A stretch of DNA of 64,000 bases from Callorhinchus milii (taxonomy: Eukaryota). Shown one piece after another: positions 62,975-64,000 of the stretch. Numbering within the stretch: the first letter of the stretch is position 1; each line of letters begins with the position of its first letter. A program made the position numbers and the translations under genes. The notes below the pieces were generated by a model. That model did not search any database. It was given only the letters and a program-made list of their open reading frames with translations, and was not told the origin of the DNA. Where the stretch lies: positions 620,001 to 684,000 of the forward strand of contig NW_024704753.1 of assembly GCF_018977255.1 (NCBI RefSeq). Direction: 5' to 3'.

Positions 62975-63740
62975 TGCCCCCCAAACCCTCACCCCAAACC
63001 CTCACCCCAACCCCTCAGCCCAACCCTCACCCCAACCCTAACACCAACCCCTCACCCCAACCCCTCACCCCAACCCCTCACCCCAACCCCTCACCCCAAC
63101 CCTAACCCCTCACCCCAACCCTAACACCAACCCCTCACCCCAACCCTAACCCCTCAACCCAACCCTAACACCAACCCCTCACCCCAACCCTAACCCCTCA
63201 CCCCAACCCTAACACCAACCCCCCAGCCCAACCCCAGCCTTCACCCCAACCCCAAACCCTCACCCCAACCCCTCACCCCAACCCCAACCTCTAACACCAA
63301 CCCTCACCCCAACCCTAACACCAACCCTTCACCCCGAACCCTCACCCCATCCCCAGCCTTCACCCCAACCTCTCACCCCAACCCCTCACCCCAACCCCAA
63401 CCCCTCACCCCAACCCCAGCCTTCACCCCAACCCTTCACCCCAACCCCTCACCCCAACCCTAACACCAACCCCTCACCCCAACCCTAACACCAACCCCTC
63501 AGCCCAACCCCAGCCTTCACCCCAACCCTAACACCAACCCCTCACCCCAACCCTTCACCCCAACCCCTCACCCCAACCCCTCACCCTAACCCCTCACCCG
63601 AACACCAACCCCTCACCCCAACCCTAACACCAACCCTCACCCCAACCCCTCAGCCCAACCCTAACACCAACCCTAACACCAACCCTTCACCCCAACCCCT
63701 CACCCCAACCCCTCACCCCAACCCTTCACCCCAACCCCTC
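62975..63740 (+). repeat. Degenerate telomere-like C-rich repeat (CCCTCA/CCCCAA/CCCTAA/CACCAA)
   Basis: Hexamer variants of CCCTAA in tandem. Confidence 0.85.
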
Positions 63741-64000
63741 TCCCCTATGTCTATCTCAGTCTGACACCTCAACACTCTCTCACACACTATGGTTCTTTGG
63801 GGAGCAGGGATGGTCTGTGTAATGTTTAATAATCTATCTCTTCTCTCCCCCTATTGTATTCCTCCCCTCTCATTTCTCCTTCTTTCCCTCCCTCTCTCCC
63901 CCCATTTCTCTTATTCTCTCTTTCCTCTCTCACCCCCCCCCCCCTTCACATCTCTCCCCATCTTTTCACTGTCTCTCTCTCCTCCATCTCCTCTTTCCTC

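Overview
Eukaryotic (vertebrate) genomic DNA, repeat-rich, with two assembly gaps. The repeat content (tRNA-headed Deu-domain SINEs with L2 tails, CR1/L2 fragments, shark-type palindromic Penelope-like repeats) points to a cartilaginous fish, probably a chimaera (inference). Most ORFs in the supplied track are repeat artefacts. Five spliced genes could be rebuilt by hand from GT-AG junctions with consistent phases: RPL29 (+, 65 aa, 5'TOP start, hosting two SNORA71-like H/ACA snoRNAs); an unusual 165-aa Shisa5-like paralog with a collapsed two-cysteine ectodomain (-); SHISA5/scotin, seen only as an ectodomain-less form (-); a complete ALAS1 (+, 625 aa, 10 coding exons); and the first coding exon of SLC6A11/GAT-3 (+). 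Best leads: the tandem pair of truncated Shisa5 genes; a Penelope-type inverted repeat carrying two degenerate hammerhead-ribozyme cores around telomeric repeats in a SHISA5 intron; a roughly 50-copy ACUAAC/3'-splice-site-mimic array in SLC6A11 intron 1; and a uORF-bearing ALAS1 5'UTR exon. Family assignments rest on recalled sequences, not database searches.
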